IMG/VR virus record: IMGVR_UViG_3300026549_000001
Coordinates: 186,569 to 250,568 of that record
DNA: 64,000 bases
Reading direction: 5' to 3' (one strand)
Source: a virus
Taxonomy: Duplodnaviria > Heunggongvirae > Uroviricota > Caudoviricetes
Shown here: piece after piece, positions 49,768-58,597 of the stretch
Layout: each line of letters opens with the position of its first letter
Position numbering within the stretch: the first letter of the stretch is position 1
The notes under the pieces: generated by a model
What the model was told of the DNA's origin: nothing
What the model saw: only the letters and a program-made list of their open reading frames with translations
Databases searched by the model: none
Made by a program: the position numbers and the translations under genes

Positions 49768-49796
49768 ATTATAACAAAGCTGAACTTATTTGTCAA
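49768..49796 (-). promoter_or_regulatory. sigma-A-type promoter TTGACA-17-TATAAT (minus) driving the tRNA-like ncRNA
   Basis: tgtcaa 49791-49796; attata 49768-49773. Confidence 0.5.
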
Positions 49797-49816
49797 TACT
49801 TTTAGAAAATATATTA

Positions 49817-51913
49817 TTATGAGAACCTTAACCATTGTATAAAGGTAAAGTTATTAAGGTCTGAACTATTAACATATCCAACATTAGAAGTATTGTTTCC
49901 AATTTGAACATAATAATATTTGCCTATCTTTCCATATATAATAAGGAAAGAATTTTTTGGAATGGTTCTTATTATATTTCCATAATGAGTAGGTTTATTA
50001 TACATTTTTGCATTAACTTTTGTATATGCCATACCTGTCCAACCTATACCAATTGCTGAACCAACAGATAATAAATCTCCTCTAATATAACCAACATATT
50101 GATTATACTTACAATGTAACCATCCATCTTTTTCCCCAATGACTTCTACTCTTTCTCCATATCTTACAGATGTGATATGAATAGAATTTGTAGTTGCATC
50201 TGCTCTCATTCTTGCAGAACTAACCGTAATTGTTCCCTCTGCCGTAGAATTTGGAGGATTAAATGTTGGAGATGGGGTATTTGTTATAATAGGAGTTGGA
50301 GTAGGCGTGTTTGTTGGTTTTGGTGTAGGTGTTGGAGTATTTGTCGGTCTTGGCGTGACAGTCGGAGTAGCAGTCGGAATTGGTGTAGGACTGTTTGTAG
50401 GTCTTGGCGTGGCGGTTGGTCTTGGGGTATTTGTAGGTTTGGGAGTTGCCGTAGGATTAGGCGTATTGGTAGGGGTAGGAGTTGGAATAGGTGCTGTTGT
50501 GAAATTAGGTTTACTCTCTGTAATATTAGTAATATCTAACTTATCATAATAGAAAGCCAAAATATCTGTATAAGAAGCTCCACCTTTAGCCCTCTGTTCT
50601 GCTCCATATTGGCTCATACCTAAACCATGTCCCCATCTACAATAAAGAACCTCATAACCATTATCTATTTCTCTACCCCAATAGATTTTAAATGGTTTTG
50701 TAAATATACCAACATCTTTTAATTTACTTGCTTTTATATCAACTACATATTCCGTATCGGTATCAGTTAATACAGTAAGTCGAAGCAAGGATAAATCTCT
50801 AACACTACCATTATGGTTTGGTGTGTGCATTTCTGCATTTATTATTGTAGCAATATTTATTTCTGATAGATTATAAATATTCTTTATATCATCTTCAATA
50901 AGGGTTTTAAATTGTTTATTTTCTATTGGAACATTATATTCAATAGGTAATGTTTCTATATAGCGTTCAGGGTAATACATTAAATCAATATCATCTAATT
51001 TAGTAGAAAAAAGATGGTCTTGATATGTAGAACCCCATACCCAAGAAGGAATGGCGGTTTCTCCACCATTAGTAGCGGCGTAATAAGATAATACAGTATT
51101 ACCATTATAAGTCAGAACTTTACCACAAACATTCAAACAAGCATTTAAGCATTTGGAATAGTTAGGTAAATATCCCCTATACCCTTGATAATTCATTGAA
51201 TCCGTAATTTGATATTCTGTAGTATTAGAGGGGAAGGAGAAAGCATAAGTTTTTGCCGCAATAGCCTGTGCCATTAATGCTTGGATATTACAACTCTCAC
51301 TCATTTCATAAGGAACTACACCATATAAATAAAAAGCTGTTGGAAGGTGATTTATTAATCTAACCTTATTATCCTTGTTATCTATTTTAATATCGCCCAA
51401 ATAGTATCTACCATCATTAAATTCAAAATCAGTAGTATTTAATTTAACTATTTGACTTGTTGCTTGATATGCAATATTTTTAAGGGTACAAGATTTATTA
51501 GCAAATACAGTAGCGTTATTATGAACTATTTTTATGCCATTGTTCATTATGCTGATATTCAATAGCTGTGGATTTGATAATGAACCCTGTATTACATAAT
51601 TATTCTCTTCTATGTAATAAGTACCTAAACAAGTTAAGGTTAGAGAAGAAACATCTCCAACAGTTAATAGTACATCTATATTGCTATAGTCTGATATTAG
51701 TTTTGTTGTTCCCTTTGTTAATGGTCTTTCTGAATTTTGTGATTTTGCAAAATTATCTTTGGCTGTGACTGTTTCATTAGTTGGAAGTTGGATAAATTCA
51801 TATTTGGGAATTTTATATTCGTCCACTTGCGTTCTATTTACAGTCGCAATAGTTGAAGTAGAAGTAAGCCCTAATATGCCTACCATAAAAAGTGAAATTA
51901 ATTTGTTAATCAT
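49817..51913 (-). CDS. secreted SpoIID/LytB-domain protein with Pro/Thr-rich linker and two C-terminal SH3b domains
   Basis: signal peptide; SpoIID motif [13 protein letters not shown]; PT repeats ([17 protein letters not shown]...); SH3b-like [19 protein letters not shown]. Confidence 0.7.
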   Translation of the reverse strand: MINKLISLFMVGILGLTSTSTIATVNRTQVDEYKIPKYEFIQLPTNETVTAKDNFAKSQNSERPLTKGTTKLISDYSNIDVLLTVGDVSSLTLTCLGTYYIEENNYVIQGSLSNPQLLNISIMNNGIKIVHNNATVFANKSCTLKNIAYQATSQIVKLNTTDFEFNDGRYYLGDIKIDNKDNKVRLINHLPTAFYLYGVVPYEMSESCNIQALMAQAIAAKTYAFSFPSNTTEYQITDSMNYQGYRGYLPNYSKCLNACLNVCGKVLTYNGNTVLSYYAATNGGETAIPSWVWGSTYQDHLFSTKLDDIDLMYYPERYIETLPIEYNVPIENKQFKTLIEDDIKNIYNLSEINIATIINAEMHTPNHNGSVRDLSLLRLTVLTDTDTEYVVDIKASKLKDVGIFTKPFKIYWGREIDNGYEVLYCRWGHGLGMSQYGAEQRAKGGASYTDILAFYYDKLDITNITESKPNFTTAPIPTPTPTNTPNPTATPKPTNTPRPTATPRPTNSPTPIPTATPTVTPRPTNTPTPTPKPTNTPTPTPIITNTPSPTFNPPNSTAEGTITVSSARMRADATTNSIHITSVRYGERVEVIGEKDGWLHCKYNQYVGYIRGDLLSVGSAIGIGWTGMAYTKVNAKMYNKPTHYGNIIRTIPKNSFLIIYGKIGKYYYVQIGNNTSNVGYVNSSDLNNFTFIQWLRFS
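50270..50480. repeat. low-complexity coding repeat (Pro/Thr linker) within the SpoIID-like gene
   Basis: imperfect ggtgt/ggagt repeats on the plus strand. Confidence 0.6.
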
Positions 51914-52165
51914 TTATCTACCTTTCGTTTATTTATTAAGCAAGGGTGAAGCACTCTCGCTTTTTAATGGTTAGAAAAAACTCTTGTAAAAATGATATAT
52001 GTTTTCCATTATTATATCAAATGTTTCCACTAAAGTCAATATGGAAAATACAGCTTTGGATATATTTATATGTTTCATCAAAAAATATCAGTTCACCAAA
52101 ACGGTGAAACTATGTAAAACCATGAAACCACACACATATTTGTAAATATATTCTTATAAATATAG

Positions 52166-52194
52166 TTGACAAAGAAACAATATTACTGTATAAT
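52166..52194 (+). promoter_or_regulatory. perfect sigma-A consensus promoter TTGACA-17-TATAAT (plus)
   Basis: TTGACA 52166-52171; TATAAT 52189-52194. Confidence 0.6.
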
Positions 52195-52237
52195 AAAGCT
52201 TATCAAAATAACTATATTATGAACAGGAGTATTATAA

Positions 52238-52537
52238 ATGAAAATAATAGGAAAAATAAATCTGCAAAAAGTGAATATAGTTGACTATGACACCGTTTTT
52301 GCATATTCAGAAGTTGGGCAGTCCCCTCAACTATATATGAGAGTAGACTTGCAAGACGAGTTTTTTAAAGCCCTCAAGCCGCTTATCGCTCCAGAAGGAG
52401 AGATGATACCTTCTTCTGTCGTTGTTTTTAATCTTCAAAATGGTAGACTTAAGATAATCCCTAAAACCACGATGGTTATGACTTATCCAACGGCTACTAT
52501 AAATTTAACAGAAGATAATTGTCCTGATAACAGCTAA
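52238..52537 (+). CDS. hypothetical protein (only convincing plus-strand gene)
   Basis: 99-aa ORF with RBS CAGGAG; own promoter and terminator. Confidence 0.55.
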   Translation: MKIIGKINLQKVNIVDYDTVFAYSEVGQSPQLYMRVDLQDEFFKALKPLIAPEGEMIPSSVVVFNLQNGRLKIIPKTTMVMTYPTATINLTEDNCPDNS

Positions 52538-52545
52538 AATATTAC

Positions 52546-52610
52546 GAATTATATACATCTTAACAAAACCCACAAACCTTATGCTTTTGGTTTGTGGGTT
52601 GTAGTTTTAG
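52546..52610. terminator. bidirectional rho-independent terminator between convergent genes
   Basis: 12-bp stem AACCCACAAACC/GGTTTGTGGGTT, T-rich flanks on both strands. Confidence 0.55.
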
Positions 52611-52614
52611 GCTA

Positions 52615-52929
52615 TTATATAAATATACAGATTATTCCGTTATTACCAGAATCAATCCTTTTAACTTCAAACTCCAAGTATTTGGATATATGTATAGGAT
52701 TAATTATCAATGTTGGGTTTGGAATGCACCTAAATTTACCAACAGAAGTTTCGACCATTTCCATATATGGTTTAACTTCAGTAAGCAGCTCTTTCCAAGA
52801 TTTACAACTGTTAATGGCTGTGCTATGTTGCGGTAATTCATTTATTAATAGTTGTTTTACTATCGTTAAGTCTTCTATGAAAATAGTATATTCGTGAGAT
52901 ATTATCTTTATAAGTTCTCTTGCAGTCAT
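52615..52929 (-). CDS. hypothetical protein, tandem paralog A
   Basis: 104 aa; ~45% identical to 52988..53302 (MT.(R/G)ELIKII...CNSWEEL...GDNGI.CI.I). Confidence 0.5.
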   Translation of the reverse strand: MTARELIKIISHEYTIFIEDLTIVKQLLINELPQHSTAINSCKSWKELLTEVKPYMEMVETSVGKFRCIPNPTLIINPIHISKYLEFEVKRIDSGNNGIICIFI

Positions 52930-52987
52930 ATTTTATCCTTTAAGTCTGACAATTTAATGTTTCTTATGAGCTATATTTTTTAGAGTA

Positions 52988-53302
52988 TTATATAACTATG
53001 CAGAGTATTCCGTTATCACCAGCGTAAATCTTTTTAACCTCAACATCCCAGTATTTAGCAAAATGTATAGGATGAATCCCCCATTTTGGGTGACTCTGCT
53101 CATAATATCTCCCAACATAAATTTCCACATCTTCCCTATATGACTCAATTTCGTTAGATAGCTCCTCCCAAGAATTGCATCTATGAAGGGCTATTTTATG
53201 TTCAGGAAAGGTATCTATTAGTAAATGTTTGACAATATTGAAGTCTTCTACAATAATGCAAAATTTGTACTCTATTATTTTTATAAGTTCTCCGACCGTC
53301 AT
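52988..53302 (-). CDS. hypothetical protein, tandem paralog B
   Basis: 104 aa; paralog of 52615..52929. Confidence 0.5.
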   Translation of the reverse strand: MTVGELIKIIEYKFCIIVEDFNIVKHLLIDTFPEHKIALHRCNSWEELSNEIESYREDVEIYVGRYYEQSHPKWGIHPIHFAKYWDVEVKKIYAGDNGILCIVI

Positions 53303-53490
53303 ACTTTCTCCTTTAAGTGATTATTGTCACAATCAATATATGCTTTTCCTATACCACAAATATAACAATCTGCTGATTCAGGATAATAAGTTTTTTGCCA
53401 AAATTTTAAATTCTTTATATATTTTCTTCTAAAGAAAAAGATAACAACCGTTAAAAGAATTAAACAAACCGCAATAAAATCAATCCTCAT
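53299..53490 (-). CDS. small membrane protein
   Basis: 63 aa with N-terminal TM. Confidence 0.35.
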   Translation of the reverse strand: MRIDFIAVCLILLTVVIFFFRRKYIKNLKFWQKTYYPESADCYICGIGKAYIDCDNNHLKEKV

Positions 53491-53996
53491 TTATAAAAAA
53501 TCCTTTGTGATAATTCTGTTTGTGTGTTATATTTTTGTATGACATCCAGTCCAATTGAATTTAACTCATTTTTATCCAAATATGGTTTGTGTTCTACAAG
53601 CCATCGTAATACATTCTCTGTTTTTGCAGTTTGATACCATCGGTTTATTATATATCCGAGAGAGCCTAATAATTCCATCCACTCCACATCAGAATATCCA
53701 TTATGAGAAGTAATAATACATTCTTTCAAACAATTCAAAACATATTGTCCAACCTTTGAAAAACATATATGTTCCACTTGTGGCTGTGGTGTGGTTATCA
53801 ATACTTGTTGAAGATTTTGCGAATATGCCCCGTGCTTATACCAACCAAAGGAAAAGCCATCGTTACAAAATATACCACCTTCTTGCATAAGAAATACAGC
53901 ATTATGTATCATTATTCGGTGGCTATGATTTCTAAAATCTGCCGAATATCCAAACAACTCACGGAATATAGAGTGTATTATATCTGAAATTGACAT
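53487..53996 (-). CDS. hypothetical protein
   Basis: 169-aa ORF. Confidence 0.4.
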   Translation of the reverse strand: MSISDIIHSIFRELFGYSADFRNHSHRIMIHNAVFLMQEGGIFCNDGFSFGWYKHGAYSQNLQQVLITTPQPQVEHICFSKVGQYVLNCLKECIITSHNGYSDVEWMELLGSLGYIINRWYQTAKTENVLRWLVEHKPYLDKNELNSIGLDVIQKYNTQTELSQRIFYK

Positions 53997-53997
53997 T

Positions 53998-54786
53998 TTA
54001 CATTTCCTCTTTCATAGGCACACTTACTTCTTCAACAACATAGTTTTCCAAAAATATCATTTGTAAATATTTAAGCAATAGAGTTTTCTTAAATTGATTA
54101 TTTACATACATATTTACAGATGTATGGTCGTATTTATATCGCCACCCATCTTCAGTAATAATCGGCAATTCTGCGTGTATTATATCTCCAACTTTTGCCT
54201 TTATTTTTTGTGTGGGCTTTTTAACAGCAACCACTTTGTATTTAGGAGATGCAAGCGAAAATGACGGGGAAATTTCATGCAATAATGCACGGGCATCTTT
54301 ACCCTTTTGATAATTTTTATCTCTATTGGTGGTATTCTTTTCTTCTGCTCTCCGAAACTCTTCATAAGTAGTGAAACACTTTATTTTCCTGTTGGGAAAG
54401 TAGGATGTTTCCGCTCTCTCGTCACAGAACAAATGACCAACAGGATATAACACTATCATATTTTTATCACGATGAGGATAAGCAAATGTAAGAATATCGT
54501 CGGCACAATAATTTCTGATAATAAGTGCTACAGAATAAGTATTTTCTACATCTATAAATGCGCTTCTATCTGCACGAGGTAGATAGACTTGAGAATTCGA
54601 TGGAATTAATGGGTATAAACAATGTTCCTTGAGTCTATTAAATTCATTCTTGCTAATATAGTAGATATATTCATAATAACCATTGATAATTCGTTCGCGT
54701 GAAACATCTATATCATTACTATTGATAATATACTCTTCGGGTATGTCGTGCGTTATAATGCCTAATTTATCAATATGATAATACAT
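53998..54786 (-). CDS. hypothetical protein
   Basis: 262-aa ORF. Confidence 0.45.
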   Translation of the reverse strand: MYYHIDKLGIITHDIPEEYIINSNDIDVSRERIINGYYEYIYYISKNEFNRLKEHCLYPLIPSNSQVYLPRADRSAFIDVENTYSVALIIRNYCADDILTFAYPHRDKNMIVLYPVGHLFCDERAETSYFPNRKIKCFTTYEEFRRAEEKNTTNRDKNYQKGKDARALLHEISPSFSLASPKYKVVAVKKPTQKIKAKVGDIIHAELPIITEDGWRYKYDHTSVNMYVNNQFKKTLLLKYLQMIFLENYVVEEVSVPMKEEM

Positions 54787-54855
54787 TTTATCCTCCTTAA
54801 TCGGCAGATGGTGGAACTCGAAACCACAAAATATATTGATTATAAATCAAGCGCA

Positions 54856-55047
54856 TTATGCGTTAAGAATGGCTGTAAATGTTGGTGTGGCTATCTTATC
54901 ATATAGCCAAGTTAGTAGCTCGGACACTAAATCCAATGCTTCATCTTCCGAAAAAGACTTAATATAAGTTACATCAGATTCCCGAATGGTTAAATCATAT
55001 ATATTTTTACCATCTTCTTCTCGCCGTGTAAAAGATACCTTACGCAT
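54856..55047 (-). CDS. hypothetical protein
   Basis: 63-aa ORF. Confidence 0.3.
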   Translation of the reverse strand: MRKVSFTRREEDGKNIYDLTIRESDVTYIKSFSEDEALDLVSELLTWLYDKIATPTFTAILNA

Positions 55048-55075
55048 ATTCTACCTTCCTATTAGTTTTTCAAAA

Positions 55076-55163
55076 TGGTGGGGAGTGATGGAGTCGAACC
55101 ATCCGAGTCATAATGACAACAGATTTACAGTCTGCCCCGCTTCCATCTACGGTATAACTCCCC
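55076..55163 (-). tRNA. tRNA-Tyr (GTA), class II long variable arm
   Basis: manual fold: GGGGAGT acceptor, anticodon arm GCAGA-CTGTAAA-TCTGT, variable stem GTCAT/ATGAC, T-arm GGTTCGACTCC, CCA. Confidence 0.75.
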
Positions 55164-55209
55164 ATAAAATTACTTGTATTTTCACGAAGGACTATTACCA
55201 ATAGGTAAT

Positions 55210-55509
55210 TTAATTATTCATAAAATCCACCCAACACTCTTTTCCCTTCATATCAGCAAGCATTTCCATATACCTTTTCGTGTCGGCTAATTCTTCTTTT
55301 GAAAGACGAACAAGGTCGTGGTGTTCTTCCCAACTTCCTCTTCCATCATTATAGGTTTCACGAGTGTATACGGAACGCTTTCCAAGTTTTGCCCGTGGAT
55401 TGTTTATCAATGTGTTAATTGCTTTAACAACTTTGTCAGTAGAAAAACATTTGGCAAGATAAATAATAATGTCGGAATTAGGAACTTGTATTTTGACATT
55501 CATCTTCAT
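55210..55509 (-). CDS. hypothetical protein
   Basis: 99-aa ORF. Confidence 0.35.
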   Translation of the reverse strand: MKMNVKIQVPNSDIIIYLAKCFSTDKVVKAINTLINNPRAKLGKRSVYTRETYNDGRGSWEEHHDLVRLSKEELADTKRYMEMLADMKGKECWVDFMNN

Positions 55510-55646
55510 ACTATTCTCTCCTGTTTTTTAATTCCTTTACATTATACATCTTTTAATTCTATTTGTCAATCTCTTTTTAACAAAATATTAAAAAATTGTG
55601 CTAATGGGTGGACTCTAACCATCTGAAATACATTAGCACAAAATTA

Positions 55647-55721
55647 TGGTTGCAGGGGAGGGATTTGAACCCTCATATTACAGGTTATGAGCCTGTTGAG
55701 TTACCATTACTCTACCCTGCC
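55647..55721 (-). tRNA. tRNA with CAT anticodon (Met or Ile2; G1-A72 mismatch)
   Basis: anticodon arm ACAGG-CTCATAA-CCTGT; T-arm GAGGG-TTCAAAT-CCCTC; CCA. Confidence 0.7.
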
Positions 55722-55933
55722 ATTTTCAAATGTGTGGGGATATTGCGAACTTGCCTCCCCACAAGGCGGCTCATTTAATTTCTCCTACTTATAAAAGTGG
55801 ATTCGGCTCGATGACATAACCGAGCAGTTAATTGATAATATAGACAGTGTTATTGTTTACGGACTGATTGAAGTTAAAAATGCAAACGCTTACGGAGGTG
55901 ATGCCTATACTATCTACTATTTAATTAGCAATA

Positions 55934-56203
55934 TTATCTTTTTCCTTGATTTTTTCTCAAGCTGAAACATTCATCACATAAAACAATATATTTTGGATGT
56001 GCCAATGAACCTTTCGTGTGTCGAGGATTAACTACTTTATGAAAGTTGGCTGTCTTAAACGCATCTCTTAATGTCCTAATAGATAAGTCATTAGTATAGG
56101 CATAATTACCACTTTCACATGAGCCAGTATGAAATACTTCTTCTTTTTCACACTCATCACACTCAAGTACATATTCGGTTAATGTATTAATACTATAAGG
56201 CAT
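55934..56203 (-). CDS. small zinc-ribbon protein
   Basis: CDECEKEE...CESGNYAY...CDEC. Confidence 0.35.
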   Translation of the reverse strand: MPYSINTLTEYVLECDECEKEEVFHTGSCESGNYAYTNDLSIRTLRDAFKTANFHKVVNPRHTKGSLAHPKYIVLCDECFSLRKNQGKR

Positions 56204-56254
56204 AATTCTTAACTTCCCATATCATCACAAAAATCATTTTCCTTTTTAATAATA

Positions 56255-56653
56255 CTATTCGCTTGTTTCTTCAAGGAAATCTAAACTTGACATATAGTTA
56301 TTATATTCTTTAATAACCCAATTAAGAATATTAAAATTTGCGGATAGCTTTCCTTTACATTGTTCACATCTAACATTATGAAAAGGAGTGTATGGTTGTA
56401 AAAAAGCATCATCTATAACCATAATAAAATCGCAGTCATTCCACTCATTTAGATTAAATGGAATGCCAATTTCAATGTTGAATCTATTACTATTTTTACT
56501 GATATTATAGGATAAATAATATTCAGCGTTTGAATTCAACCAACTGCCACCCTCTTTGAAGCCATATTGTATTATTTCTTCTATTGTAATGGTTGGCTTC
56601 ATTCTAAATCTTTTTATATATGGAGCTATTTCTTCAATTTTAGATGACACCAT
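56255..56653 (-). CDS. hypothetical protein
   Basis: 132-aa ORF. Confidence 0.4.
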   Translation of the reverse strand: MVSSKIEEIAPYIKRFRMKPTITIEEIIQYGFKEGGSWLNSNAEYYLSYNISKNSNRFNIEIGIPFNLNEWNDCDFIMVIDDAFLQPYTPFHNVRCEQCKGKLSANFNILNWVIKEYNNYMSSLDFLEETSE

Positions 56654-56728
56654 TTCTATCCATTCTCCTTTTGAAGAATTATGTAAACATTGGGGGGAAA
56701 TATAGTTTTATATATCTCCCCCATACTA

Positions 56729-56804
56729 TTGGTGCTAATGATTGGACTTGAACCAATGACGATTCGCTTATCAGACGAAACTTCTACCAACTGAATTACA
56801 TTAG
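56729..56804 (-). tRNA. tRNA-Ile (GAT)
   Basis: acceptor GCTAATG/CATTAGC; anticodon arm TTCGT-CTGATAA-GCGAA; T-arm ATTGG-TTCAAGT-CCAAT; CCA. Confidence 0.75.
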
Positions 56805-56805
56805 C

Positions 56806-56882
56806 ATGGTGCTGATGATAGGACTTGAACCCACAACCCACGGATTACAAAACCGTTGCTCTACCAATTGAGCTACATCAGC
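56806..56882 (-). tRNA. tRNA-Thr (TGT)
   Basis: acceptor GCTGATG/CATCAGC; anticodon loop TTTGTAA; CCA. Confidence 0.7.
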
Positions 56883-56894
56883 ATTGATTTACAA

Positions 56895-57461
56895 CTACGC
56901 ATACATAACCATATTATCTTTACCAAAGCATTTAGCTTGAATAAAAGCACTTAAGTAGAAAGCAAAGAAAAAAGTAAGAGCAATAGTAACCACACATACT
57001 ACAAAATATGTAGCCCAATCCATTGTATATCTTTTTTCAGCGTTAATATTTACTATTCCTGTATTATTGTGATACACAAATTCATCTGTTTCTATTTCTC
57101 TATATATAGGCGTTTCATCATAGGGATTTTCAGTTATAACAAGCCTATATTTTACATTTCCATTGATATAAGGAACAGTAAACTTATCAACAACTCTTGC
57201 TGTATTTTCCACATCAGAACTCATTACTGCATAATTAACAATATATTCTGATGAATTGTGAATAGCGGGATAGAGAAATATACTTGTCAAAATCCCACCT
57301 ATTGCAATAACGATTGCTATGATAATAGGAAAAAAGTATGTGATTTTTTCAGTTATCTTCTTCATAATATTACTCTCCTTATCTATATGGTTTATACCAA
57401 AACGAGACTTTTTATAATGGAGTCCTCGCTCCGATTTGAACGGAGAATCCACGGGTTGCAA
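56895..57461 (-). CDS. membrane protein
   Basis: 188 aa with 2 TM segments. Confidence 0.4.
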   Translation of the reverse strand: MQPVDSPFKSERGLHYKKSRFGINHIDKESNIMKKITEKITYFFPIIIAIVIAIGGILTSIFLYPAIHNSSEYIVNYAVMSSDVENTARVVDKFTVPYINGNVKYRLVITENPYDETPIYREIETDEFVYHNNTGIVNINAEKRYTMDWATYFVVCVVTIALTFFFAFYLSAFIQAKCFGKDNMVMYA

Positions 57462-57493
57462 CCGTGCGCCTTACCTGATTTGGCTACGAGGAC
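57418..57493 (-). tRNA. tRNA-Cys (GCA)
   Basis: acceptor GTCCTCG/CGAGGAC; anticodon arm CACGG-TTGCAAC-CCGTG; CCA. Confidence 0.75.
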
Positions 57494-57693
57494 ATAATAG
57501 CGGGGTGGGCTAAAATTATAAAAAATATAATCGGAGCGGAGGCTTAATTATGAACAAACAAGCATATATTAATAAAATCAATGGTAGGCTTAAATATCTC
57601 AAAAAACCTTTGGAAGTATTGGGGTTTTTCACGATGCAAGGAGATATACTAATGAAAGTGCATCCTTTTACTTTATCACTCCCACCCCGCTAA

Positions 57694-57769
57694 TGGTGGG
57701 GCAGACTCGCATCGAACGAGTATCTTCGGATTTTCAGTCCGACACATTTACCAATTATGTTACCGCCCC
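57694..57769 (-). tRNA. tRNA-Phe (GAA)
   Basis: acceptor GGGGCGG; D-arm ACAT-AATTGGTAA-ATGT; anticodon arm TCGGA-CTGAAAA-TCCGA; CCA. Confidence 0.8.
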
Positions 57770-58008
57770 AAAAGGTGTTAGAGTTTTTCAAAAATCTTAA
57801 AGTATAAATATAATATTTGCGCTATATTACATAAATTAAAAAGTATACAGGTATACTTGCCTTATAAGTTCTTTTTGAAAATACAATGTTTTATTTGATT
57901 GGAAAAGAGTTTTAATTATGCAAGAAATTATAATACTGTTAAATAAAACATCGTCATTCTTTGTACTGCCTCTAACAACAGCACATCAGTTAGGAGCTAC
58001 CTAACAAT

Positions 58009-58048
58009 TGGTGAGTCTGGTGGGATTTGAACCCACGATGCCTTGATT
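58009..58048 (-). other. 3' half of a split tRNA gene (anticodon-stem 3' strand TCAAG, T-arm GTGGG-TTCAAAT-CCCAC, acceptor CAGACTC, A, CCA)
   Basis: matches the 5' half at 58533..58569 (acceptor GAGTCTG); the two halves are separated by ~490 bp. Confidence 0.55.
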
Positions 58049-58071
58049 TTTTCGTCCTTCAGAAATGACAA

Positions 58072-58497
58072 TTACAAAGTTTGAATTACATCCATCAACT
58101 TAAAATCTTTTGCAAATAGTCCGTTTTTAGGTTGTCCATCTAACGGCTCAATCAGTCTTAATCTTTGCGCTCTTTTTCCACATACCCCTAATGGGATTAA
58201 ATAACATTGATTATTATGTATGGTTGCAAAAAAGTCAACATCATTTTGTGAATAAGAAAGATTTAAAGTTCCTTTGGTGTTTGTATGGCTTGTGCTTGTG
58301 GGAAAATCAAAATACTTACCGTTTTCTCTTTCTCTACAAGTCTTTACTTGAATCTTATACAGATGATTATTTATATCTGCAATAAAATCGTATCGTGAAC
58401 TTTGTACTAATGGCTTTGAAAGTAAAACTCCTAATTTTAAAAACTCCAAAGCTACTTCTTGTTCTGTTATTTCTCCAATAAAATGACTACTTAACAT
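58072..58497 (-). CDS. small PD-(D/E)xK-like protein encoded inside the split tRNA gene (candidate intron/homing endonuclease)
   Basis: 141 aa; YDFIADINNHLYKIQVKT (D...D/E-x-K-like); ORF flanked by 10-bp inverted repeat TGACAATTAC/GTAATTGTCA. Confidence 0.45.
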   Translation of the reverse strand: MLSSHFIGEITEQEVALEFLKLGVLLSKPLVQSSRYDFIADINNHLYKIQVKTCRERENGKYFDFPTSTSHTNTKGTLNLSYSQNDVDFFATIHNNQCYLIPLGVCGKRAQRLRLIEPLDGQPKNGLFAKDFKLMDVIQTL

Positions 58498-58532
58498 TTA
58501 ACCTTTCAAGTAATTGTCAATCTACTTGAGTC

Positions 58533-58569
58533 GAAAAAGTCAAGTGCCTTACCGCTTGGCTACAGACTC
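58533..58569 (-). other. 5' half of the split tRNA gene (acceptor GAGTCTG, D-arm GCC-AAGCGGTAA-GGC, anticodon-stem CTTGA + CTTTT...)
   Basis: Gln/Lys-type D-arm; candidate anticodon loop CUUUUAA (Lys UUU) if halves are joined; identity uncertain. Confidence 0.5.
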
Positions 58570-58597
58570 ACACACTATATTTTGAACACCTTTGAAA

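Noticed and set aside
50177-50549. Plus-strand ORFs (120 aa, 80 aa) and repetitive DNA that could be mistaken for a CRISPR-like array
   Set aside because: The repeats are the Pro/Thr-linker coding region of the minus-strand SpoIID-like gene. They are imperfect with no spacers, and the plus-strand ORFs are low-complexity artefacts.
54790-54850. Possible degenerate tRNA (ggaactcgaaacc) plus 11-bp palindrome CGCATTATGCG
   Set aside because: No acceptable acceptor, anticodon or D-arm pairing; too degenerate to call.
57258-57497. 79-aa plus ORF; also a 48-aa plus ORF at ~57554..57700 with GGAGG RBS
   Set aside because: Both overlap tRNA-Cys and tRNA-Phe genes on the opposite strand. The 48-aa ORF has a decent RBS but no promoter, so it is most likely chance.
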